DNA of 64,000 nucleotides from Bacteroidaceae bacterium (GTDB lineage Bacteria > Bacteroidota > Bacteroidia > Bacteroidales > Bacteroidaceae), in contig JAFSZU010000028.1 of the NCBI GenBank assembly GCA_017455585.1, positions 3,220 through 67,219 of the forward strand. The letters run 5' to 3'. Under the pieces are notes generated by a model. That model saw only the letters and a program-made list of their open reading frames with translations, was not told the origin of the DNA and did not search any database. This document shows, one piece after another, positions 29,846 to 37,351 of the stretch. A program made the translations under genes and the position numbers. Numbering within the stretch: the stretch's first letter is position 1; every line of letters starts with the position of its first letter.

Positions 29846-31066
29846 TTACTCATAACGGATGGCCTCGATGGGGTCGAGGCGGGCGGCTTTCTGGGCGGGG
29901 AAGTAACCGAAGCCCACGCCGATGGCGACACAGACGGCAAAGCTGACGATGACACTCCAGGCGGGGATGACGGCGGGATAGCCGACAATGGTGTTGCAAC
30001 CCCAGGTGAGCAGTCCGCCGAAGAGCACTCCGAGGATGCCGCCCGTGAGGCTGATGAGGATGGACTCGATGAGGAACTGGTTACTGATGTCCAGCCCTCG
30101 CGCGCCCACGCTCATGCGCAAACCTATTTCCTTAGTACGCTCGGTGACGCTGACGAGCATGATGTTCATGATGCCGATGCCGGCCACGAGGAGCGAGAAG
30201 GCTGCTGCCACCACGAGGATGATGGTGATGGTGTCCATGGTGGAGGACATGGTCTCCATGAACTCCTGCTGGGAGCGGATGGTGAAGTTATCTTCATCAC
30301 CGTCCTTGAGCTTGTGGGTGCGGCGCAGGATCTGCGTGAGGTCTTCAATGGCCTGGTCGGACAGCTCTTCGGTGACGGCAGAGCAGACAATGCTGTTGTA
30401 GTGTGTCTGCGCGGCCAGACGTTTCATGACGGTGGTGTAGGGGGCGATGATGACGTTGTCCTGATCCATGCCCCAGTTGTTGTAGCCTTTGCCTTTGAGG
30501 ACACCGATGATGCGGAAGGGGATGTTCTTGAAGCGGATGGTTTTGCCCACGGGATCCTGCCCATTGGGGAAGAGTTCCTTGACCACCGTCTTGCCAACGA
30601 TGCAGACCTTGGCGGACTTCTTCACGTCTTCCTCGGTGAAGCAGGTGCCTTCCTCTACGTCCCAAAGCTTGATGCTGATATAGTCGGGTGATTCACCGTA
30701 GCAGGTGGAGGTGGTGTTGTTGGAGCCGAAGACAGCTTGTCCAGAGGAGGTGACCTCGGGGCTGACCTTGGTGACGAACTTGGCTTCAGAGAGGATGGTC
30801 TCATAATCCACCTGCTTGAGGGTCTGCATGGCAGAGGGGTCGAGGCGCACACCGCCGCGCATGTCGGCTCCCGGACGTATGGTGAGGAGGTTTGTACCTT
30901 GCTTGGACAGTTCCTCGCGGATGCTCTGCTTGGAACCTTGTCCGATGGCCATCATGACGATGACGGCTCCCACGCCGATGATGATGCCGAGCATGGAGAG
31001 GAACGAGCGGGCTTTGTTGCTGAGAATGGCCTTGATGGCTATCTTGAAGAGGTTGATGTAGGACAT
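29846..31066 (-). CDS. ABC transporter permease, MacB/FtsX type
   Basis: N-terminal TM, a large periplasmic domain and a C-terminal FtsX-like 3-TM block (ERTKEIGLRMSVGARGLDI..). Follows the ATPase gene. Confidence 0.85.
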   Translation of the reverse strand: MSYINLFKIAIKAILSNKARSFLSMLGIIIGVGAVIVMMAIGQGSKQSIREELSKQGTNLLTIRPGADMRGGVRLDPSAMQTLKQVDYETILSEAKFVTKVSPEVTSSGQAVFGSNNTTSTCYGESPDYISIKLWDVEEGTCFTEEDVKKSAKVCIVGKTVVKELFPNGQDPVGKTIRFKNIPFRIIGVLKGKGYNNWGMDQDNVIIAPYTTVMKRLAAQTHYNSIVCSAVTEELSDQAIEDLTQILRRTHKLKDGDEDNFTIRSQQEFMETMSSTMDTITIILVVAAAFSLLVAGIGIMNIMLVSVTERTKEIGLRMSVGARGLDISNQFLIESILISLTGGILGVLFGGLLTWGCNTIVGYPAVIPAWSVIVSFAVCVAIGVGFGYFPAQKAARLDPIEAIRYE

Positions 31067-31074
31067 AATACTCT

Positions 31075-31207
31075 AATTCACAATGCACAATTCATAATTC
31101 ATAATTGGCTGCGCATGGTTCGCATGTACCGCCAGTCTGTTTATAAATCATGAGTTGTCATTGTCTGGGGGAAATAATTGTGAATTATGAATTATCAATT
31201 ATGAATT
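31075..31207. repeat. inverted pair of 32-bp AATTCATAATT-type modules flanking 69-bp core, between ABC ATPase and permease genes
   Basis: Left aattcacaatgcacaattcataattcataatt. Right aattgtgaattatgaattatcaattatgaatt. Confidence 0.75.
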
Positions 31208-31211
31208 GACA

Positions 31212-31967
31212 TCAGTCATCCTGCGGAGCGGGCAGGGCAGCGAGGGCTTCTGCGGCAGAGAGGATATTGGGGTTGTAGGTGTCTTCGCGTACCTTGCCGT
31301 CGCGCAGGACGATGTTGCGGGAGGAATACTGCGCAATTTCGGGGTTGTGGGTGACGAAGATGATGGTGCGTCCCTCGGCATGAAGCTTCTGGAAGAGAAC
31401 CAGCACCTCGAAGGAGGTACGGGTGTCGAGGTTACCCGTGGCCTCATCGGCGAGGATGACGGCGGGGTTGTTGACCAGGGCACGGGCAATGGCCACACGC
31501 TGCATCTGTCCGCCGGACATCTGGTTGCTCTTGTGTTCCAAACGGTCACCAAGTCCCACAGCCTGCAGGGCTGCCACGGCTGCCTCACGACGCTGGCGCG
31601 AGTTATACTCCTTATTATACATGAGGGGCAGTTCCACATTCTCCACGGCTGTGGTCTTGGCCAGCAGGTTGTAGTTCTGGAAGACGAAGCCTATTTTGCG
31701 GTTGCGCAGACGGGCACGCTGGCTGCGGCGCATGGAGCGGACAGGGATGCCGTCGAGCAGATATTCTCCGCTGGTGGGCGTGTCTAAGCAACCGAGTTGG
31801 TTCAGGAGAGTGGATTTGCCGGAGCCGGAGGTGCCCATGATGGTAACGAACTCACCTTCGTAGATCTTGAACGAGATGCCGCGCAGGGCGTGGACGGTCT
31901 CGCTGCCCACCTGGAAGTTGCGACGCACGTCGCGGAGTTCGATAACGACTTTCTTTTCTTCTGCCAT
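31212..31967 (-). CDS. ABC transporter ATP-binding protein (MacB/LolD type)
   Basis: Walker A GTSGSGKST, signature MSGGQMQR, Walker B ILADEATGNLD. Confidence 0.9.
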   Translation of the reverse strand: MAEEKKVVIELRDVRRNFQVGSETVHALRGISFKIYEGEFVTIMGTSGSGKSTLLNQLGCLDTPTSGEYLLDGIPVRSMRRSQRARLRNRKIGFVFQNYNLLAKTTAVENVELPLMYNKEYNSRQRREAAVAALQAVGLGDRLEHKSNQMSGGQMQRVAIARALVNNPAVILADEATGNLDTRTSFEVLVLFQKLHAEGRTIIFVTHNPEIAQYSSRNIVLRDGKVREDTYNPNILSAAEALAALPAPQDD

Positions 31968-32012
31968 TGGGTTTTGGTTTTATTCCTGGAGGGAATTAAT
32001 TGGGGATTGATT

Positions 32013-32038
32013 ATCCCGGCGGGTGAACCGCCGGACAC
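32013..32038. repeat. CGG hairpin type 2, intergenic within efflux operon
   Basis: ATCCCGGCGGGTGAACCGCCGGACAC. Confidence 0.6.
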
Positions 32039-32041
32039 TAA

Positions 32042-33238
32042 CTACTTCTTAGTGGTGCCTTGGCCAGTCTTCTGGTTCTTGTTGTTGTTACGCGGTCCGG
32101 GCATGAAGGGGTTCTTGTTCTGCGAGGAGGTGGGGTCTTCTGCCACTTCGCCGAAGATCATGTCCTCGAGGACTTCTGTGTCGGCCTTGATGCCAGAGAC
32201 GATTTCCGTGGTGGTGCCGTTGGTGACGCCGGTCTCCACGGGAATGGCCTTGAACACCTTACCCTCGCGCACCCAGAGCTTGAATCTGCTGTCGCAGCCT
32301 TGAATGGTCTCGTCCTCGTCAATGAGAGCCTCGTTGGGAGCAAAGCGCAGGGCCTTGGCGGAGACGGTGAGGACATCGTTCTTCTCTAGGGTGAAGATGG
32401 TGACGTTGGCAGTGAGACCGGGCATGAGCTTGAGGTCGGCGTTGGGGGCGGAGATGACCACCTCGTAGGTGACCACGTTGCTCTCTGTGGTAGCCTGGCG
32501 GCGTACTTGTGTGACAGCACCATTGAAGATGTCGTTGGGGAATGCATCCACGGTGAAGGTGACGCGCTGCCCTTCCTTGACCTCGCCAATGTCGGCCTCG
32601 TCAATGTCTGCGATGACGCGCATGTCCGTGAGGTCCTGGGCGATGGTGAAGAGGGTAGGGGTGCTGAAGCTGGCTGCCACGGTCTGTCCTTCCTCTACCG
32701 CCTTGTTGAGCACGATGCCGTTGATGGGGGAGGTAATGGTGGCGTAGCCGAGGTCAGTCTCTGCACGCTTGACACTCTGGCGGGCAGTGTTCACCTGCTG
32801 CTGTGCCTTGATATAGGAGAGGCGTGACTGCTCGAAGTCGTTGGCACTGATTAAGCCCTTGTCATAGAGACCCTTCTGGCGCTCAAAGTTGGCTTTCTGG
32901 TACTCCAGTTCGCTCTGTGCGCTGGTGAGGTTGGAACGCTGGCTCTCCAGGGTGCTGAGGAGGTTGGTGCGGTCGAGTTCGGCAATGACCTGTCCGGCCT
33001 TCACCTCCGAGTTGTAATCCACATAGATTTTGGAGACGATGCCGCTGACCTGCGTACCCACTTCCACGCTGGTGACAGGCTCTATGGTGCCAGTGGCGGT
33101 GACGGTGGTGCTGATGTTACCCATTTCAACGGTGGTGGTGGCATACTCTGTCTTGGGTTTGGAGGAGCAGGCGACCATCATTGCAACGATTGCAATGATG
33201 GATGTAAAGTGTAAAATGTTAAATGCTTTGCGTGACAT
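32042..33238 (-). CDS. efflux periplasmic adaptor (membrane-fusion protein, HlyD/MacA family)
   Basis: Lipobox MVACSS, coiled-coil hairpin, and barrel-sandwich blocks (GIVSKIYVDYNSEVKAGQVIAELD). Confidence 0.8.
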   Translation of the reverse strand: MSRKAFNILHFTSIIAIVAMMVACSSKPKTEYATTTVEMGNISTTVTATGTIEPVTSVEVGTQVSGIVSKIYVDYNSEVKAGQVIAELDRTNLLSTLESQRSNLTSAQSELEYQKANFERQKGLYDKGLISANDFEQSRLSYIKAQQQVNTARQSVKRAETDLGYATITSPINGIVLNKAVEEGQTVAASFSTPTLFTIAQDLTDMRVIADIDEADIGEVKEGQRVTFTVDAFPNDIFNGAVTQVRRQATTESNVVTYEVVISAPNADLKLMPGLTANVTIFTLEKNDVLTVSAKALRFAPNEALIDEDETIQGCDSRFKLWVREGKVFKAIPVETGVTNGTTTEIVSGIKADTEVLEDMIFGEVAEDPTSSQNKNPFMPGPRNNNKNQKTGQGTTKK

Positions 33239-33263
33239 ATATAGTTCTACAATGATTACAGGG

Positions 33264-33293
33264 TTTCAACTTTCAACTTTTAACTTTCAACTT
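33264..33293. repeat. 8-bp tandem repeat (TTTCAACT) between TolC and adaptor genes
   Basis: tttcaactttcaacttttaactttcaactt. Confidence 0.7.
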
Positions 33294-34641
33294 AAATAGT
33301 CAACTGTCCGCCCTCGTAGAAGCGCAGGAGTTGGGTGTTGAGGATGGTGGTGTATTTACTCTGCAGGCGGTTCTGCTGTGCCTGTAGCAGGTTGTCGCGG
33401 GCTTGTAGCAGATCCACGATGTTCTTCAGTCCGGCCTTGAACTGCTCGTTGATGAGTTCGTAGTTGGTTTCCTGACTCTGCACGGCAGCCTGAGCACTCT
33501 TGAAACGCTGCTGTGCGCTGGTGGCTTGCAGCCATAGATTTTCGATGGTACTGCCCAGCGATGTCTGCTTGTCCAAGAGGTCGAGTGCGGTGGTTGTCTG
33601 GTTGAGCTTGGCACGGTTCACGGCGGTCTTGTTGCGGCGGTTGTCCAGGATGGGCACGCTGACACTGAGTCCCACGGAACCATTGAGGTTACGCTTCACC
33701 TGCTCGCCGAAGCCTTTCTGTCCGGTGGCCCAGTAATGACTGGTGCCGATGCCGGCGTTGAGTCCCACTGTGGGCAGATATCCACGCTTGGCGATGTCCA
33801 GCTGCACGTCGGCGGCATCTGCTTGCAGCTTGGCGGCACGAATCTCCGGGCGGAAGTTCAGAGCCGCGTTATATACCTCTGTCTTCTCCGGCACGGGATC
33901 CAGCGCCCGACTGTCTGCCATCTCGCTCTCGGCCACGTCAAAGGGCTGTTCTATACCCAGTTGCAGCAGTTCCTTCAACTGACGCTTGTAGCCAGCAATC
34001 TGTGTCTCAGCGTTCACTACATCATATTGTGCCGAGGCCACCTGTGACTCCAACTGTGCCAAATCGGCTTTAGCCAGATCACCCAGTTTGAAGCGTTCCT
34101 GCCCGCGGTCCAATTGCTGCTTGGCTGTCTCCAGAAGTTTCTCGTTCACGTGCTTGGCCTCGGTGGTATAGAGCACCTGCACATAGAGCTGGGCTATCTG
34201 CTCCTGAATGGTGCTGAGGCTCTGTTCTGCCTGTACTTCTGTGATTTGTGACTGCAACTTGGCGGCCTCAATATTCTTGTGGTTGATGCCGCCGTTCCAG
34301 ACGGTCCAATTGGCATTGAGACCGTATGAACCGTTCTCCGTCACCTTGTTGTTGGTGCTGGTGGCCATGCCGTTCTGCACGACAGTCATGGACTCTTGGA
34401 ATGGCCGATAGCCCACGCTCTGACTGACGGATGCGGAGAGCGAGGGGAATAGTGCAGCCTGATATTGCTTCAACTGCTCCTGTGCATCCTGTTGGCTGAT
34501 GCGGCTTTTCTGGAGCTGGATGTTGTGTTCTGCGGCGTAATCCAGGCACTGCTGCAACGTCCATGCCTGTTGGGCATGTGCATTGCTGCAGAAAGCAAGG
34601 AGTGAAGCCGCAAGAACTGTGAAGATGGGTTTGTGTTTCAT
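33292..34641 (-). CDS. TolC-family outer-membrane efflux protein
   Basis: 449 aa with a signal peptide and two repeated coiled-coil/OEP halves (LQQCLDYAAEHNIQLQKSRI.. ; ..LLQARDNLLQAQQNRLQSKY). Confidence 0.8.
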   Translation of the reverse strand: MKHKPIFTVLAASLLAFCSNAHAQQAWTLQQCLDYAAEHNIQLQKSRISQQDAQEQLKQYQAALFPSLSASVSQSVGYRPFQESMTVVQNGMATSTNNKVTENGSYGLNANWTVWNGGINHKNIEAAKLQSQITEVQAEQSLSTIQEQIAQLYVQVLYTTEAKHVNEKLLETAKQQLDRGQERFKLGDLAKADLAQLESQVASAQYDVVNAETQIAGYKRQLKELLQLGIEQPFDVAESEMADSRALDPVPEKTEVYNAALNFRPEIRAAKLQADAADVQLDIAKRGYLPTVGLNAGIGTSHYWATGQKGFGEQVKRNLNGSVGLSVSVPILDNRRNKTAVNRAKLNQTTTALDLLDKQTSLGSTIENLWLQATSAQQRFKSAQAAVQSQETNYELINEQFKAGLKNIVDLLQARDNLLQAQQNRLQSKYTTILNTQLLRFYEGGQLTI

Positions 34642-34832
34642 TGACGAATGTTTGATTGCTTTTTCTTGATTGAGCGTACAAAGGTACGTCTTTTTTCTCG
34701 TACTTGACCTTTTTTCGTCGGGCAGGTTTAAATCGTTTAAGAGGGTTTAACATTTCGACGGGTAAATCATAATAAATCTATCTTCATGGATAGATTATTC
34801 CCCATATCCTTGCTGATTCTGCATATTTGCCA

Positions 34833-34840
34833 TACCTTTG
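34833..34840 (+). promoter_or_regulatory. Bacteroidota -7 box (TACCTTTG)
   Basis: TAnnTTTG match 19 nt upstream of ATG 34859. Confidence 0.5.
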
Positions 34841-34858
34841 CGAAACATTTGTTCAACG

Positions 34859-36340
34859 ATGATTGTCATGACAACAGCACTCAGAGAAATCTTCCGCCTG
34901 TGGCTCAGGCAAAAGCGCAAGGACTTCCGTTGGCAGGAAGTCTTCATGTTTTTCTATTTCAGTGGCTTGTATCTGGCCATGGTCATTGGATTCTATGCCG
35001 CTGTGCATGATGAAGTGGCACAGCAGACCTTCCCTTCAATCTTAGTGACTTTTGCACCGCTTGTGGCTGTGAGCTTGCAGTTTGGCGACCTGGTGATGAA
35101 ACTCTTCTGGCGACGCTCGCCCGTGGAAATGGATGATTACCTGCGCACACGCCCCGTTCCTCCCCGTGACTGGGCACGTTTTGTGCTGATAGACACTTCC
35201 GCAGGATTCCTACAGTGGATGCTGGCTCTGATGGTCGGCACAGCTGCCATTCTCATCCTGTCGTGGTGGATGGCCCTGCTGTTGATGGTGCTCATCTTCT
35301 CGGTCTCACTCACCAACGCGCTATTCCAGAACTGCTGGCGACGTGCCCCGGGCAATCAGTGGACACTGCCTCTGGTCTTCGGTTACATCTTCTGGTCGGG
35401 GGTGATATGGGTTGTTGCCATCGGCACGGCTGTCGGGACGATGATGTTCACGGGCTTGCTTGATTTCAAAGACATCGTTGCAGAGAAACAATTCACCGAA
35501 GGCTTTGTGCTACCGGGGCTGCTGGCATCTGCCGCCCTGTTGCTGATTAACGGTCTCACTTGCTACATCCTGAATCGTTACTTCACGCGCATGAAGAATC
35601 ATAATGAGGAGCATCACGCGCCCGTGACCGCCACGGCGCATTCCCTCGGAGAGGTCTCGCTCTGGAGCATCGAATGGGTGCAACTGCTGCGAAGCAAACG
35701 TCTCAAGACCAGTTTCTTTGTCATTGTGGTGGTCTTCCTGCTGAACACCTATATGCAACAGAATTCCACCATCCAGACTGACATGCATGGGGTGAACATC
35801 ATGTTGCTTTTTGGCATTGCATTTCCCAGCATCATTCTGGCTCAATGGGTCATGGGTGTGGAAGCCAACTTCTTCTCGGGCATCTGGACCAAACCCTGGA
35901 GCGTGGAGGGCATCCTGCGGCGCAAGTATGTGTTCTTCTGTGCAATATGCGGTAGCATGGCATTACTGATGGTGCCTATGATCATTTGGATGGGTTTGTC
36001 GCCGCTGATGTGGCTGTGTACTTTGCTCTTCGGCTGTGGTGCCTTCGTGCTGCCCTTCATGGCTACTTGCCTGTTCAGCAGCCGCATGGACCTCTTCGCC
36101 AGCGCGTTCTTCAATTATCAGGGAGCCAACAAGCAACTTAACTTTTTCTCCTTCATTATGTTCGTTCCCATGGGCATCTACTATGCAGCCTACTTCCTCC
36201 TGCCTACGCTCTGGGCGCACGCCCTCATCGGCGGCCTCGGCATCCTCGGACTCCTGCTGCACCGCCCCTATATCCACTGGATCTATACCATCTGGCACAA
36301 GCGGAGATACAAAATCATGGAACGCTGGCAGGGAGAGTAA
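34859..36340 (+). CDS. polytopic membrane protein (DUF5687-like), putative partner of downstream ABC ATPase
   Basis: Re-started at ATG 34859, because the track start is a TTG inside the TACCTTTG promoter box. About 12 hydrophobic segments. Family call made by eye. Confidence 0.5.
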   Translation: MIVMTTALREIFRLWLRQKRKDFRWQEVFMFFYFSGLYLAMVIGFYAAVHDEVAQQTFPSILVTFAPLVAVSLQFGDLVMKLFWRRSPVEMDDYLRTRPVPPRDWARFVLIDTSAGFLQWMLALMVGTAAILILSWWMALLLMVLIFSVSLTNALFQNCWRRAPGNQWTLPLVFGYIFWSGVIWVVAIGTAVGTMMFTGLLDFKDIVAEKQFTEGFVLPGLLASAALLLINGLTCYILNRYFTRMKNHNEEHHAPVTATAHSLGEVSLWSIEWVQLLRSKRLKTSFFVIVVVFLLNTYMQQNSTIQTDMHGVNIMLLFGIAFPSIILAQWVMGVEANFFSGIWTKPWSVEGILRRKYVFFCAICGSMALLMVPMIIWMGLSPLMWLCTLLFGCGAFVLPFMATCLFSSRMDLFASAFFNYQGANKQLNFFSFIMFVPMGIYYAAYFLLPTLWAHALIGGLGILGLLLHRPYIHWIYTIWHKRRYKIMERWQGE

Positions 36341-36501
36341 AGACCCACTCCCAACCCCTCCCGTGAGGGGAGGGGAGAGTTTGCAGTTAATATAGAAAAA
36401 TGAACTAAAAGATTATTAACCCTATAATATGACCCAGTAACTTCTCAACTCTCAAGCGCCAGTCGCGCCCCTCCCTCACGGGAGGGGTTGGGGGTGGGTC
36501 T
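36341..36501. mobile_element. MITE-like intergenic element: two inverted GC-rich hairpin modules flanking ~80 bp AT-rich core
   Basis: Left module AGACCCACTCCCAACCCCTCCCGTGAGGGGAGGGGAGAGTTTGCAG (36341-36386). Right module GCGCCCCTCCCTCACGGGAGGGGTTGGGGGTGGGTCT (36465-36501). It starts 1 nt after the stop of 34859-36340 and ends 8 nt before ATG 36509. Confidence 0.75.
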
Positions 36502-36508
36502 TTATCTT

Positions 36509-37237
36509 ATGGAACTGAAAATCAAACAACTCAAGAAGACTTATGGTGAGAAAGTGGCACTGGATATTCCTGAACTGAATATCTATAGTGGTGAACTCGT
36601 AGGCCTCGTGGGCAATAACGGTGCGGGCAAGACCACGCTGCTGCGCCTCATCCTGGATCTCATCAAGGCAGACACCGGCCACGTCTATTCCGGCGGTATC
36701 GACGTGGCAGCACCCGCCTCTAAGCCGCAGGAGTGCGAGGCGTGGAAACTCTACACCGGCTCCTTCATCGACGGGCGCTTCCTCATAGATTTCTACACGC
36801 CCGAAGAGTATTTCACCCTTATCGGACGTCTGTATGGGATTCCACAAGCCACCATCGACGAGCGTCTGGAAGCCTTCAAGCCTCTCATGCACGACGAGAT
36901 ACTGGGCACCAAGAAGTATCTCCATGACTTCTCTGAGGGCAACCGTCAGAAGATAGGTATCATAGGAGCCATGCTCATACACCCGAAGGTGCTTCTGCTG
37001 GACGAGCCTTTCAATTATCTGGACCCCTCCAGCCAGATTGTGGTGGCACGCCTCATCCAGCAGATGAACCGTGAGCACGGCACCACCGTCCTCATCTCCT
37101 CCCACAACCTCAACTTTGTCTCGGACATCAGCACCCGCATCCTTCTCTTGGAGAAGGGAATTGTCATCAAGGACTTGTCTAATAATGAAGGAAGTGCTAC
37201 GCAGGAGCTGAATGACTACTTCAATGCTGAAGCATAG
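36509..37237 (+). CDS. ABC transporter ATP-binding protein
   Basis: Re-started at ATG 36509 (MELKIKQLKKTYG). Walker A GNNGAGKTT, signature FSEGNRQK, Walker B LLLDEP. The track start lies inside the repeat element. Confidence 0.85.
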   Translation: MELKIKQLKKTYGEKVALDIPELNIYSGELVGLVGNNGAGKTTLLRLILDLIKADTGHVYSGGIDVAAPASKPQECEAWKLYTGSFIDGRFLIDFYTPEEYFTLIGRLYGIPQATIDERLEAFKPLMHDEILGTKKYLHDFSEGNRQKIGIIGAMLIHPKVLLLDEPFNYLDPSSQIVVARLIQQMNREHGTTVLISSHNLNFVSDISTRILLLEKGIVIKDLSNNEGSATQELNDYFNAEA

Positions 37238-37351
37238 CTTGCCACGTCGTATGATACAGACTCTCCTGATATAACAACAAACACCCTTTTACGTATAACA
37301 CAAAACACACCTGCCTCATGGCAGGTGTGTTTTGTGTTATACGCAGGATAC

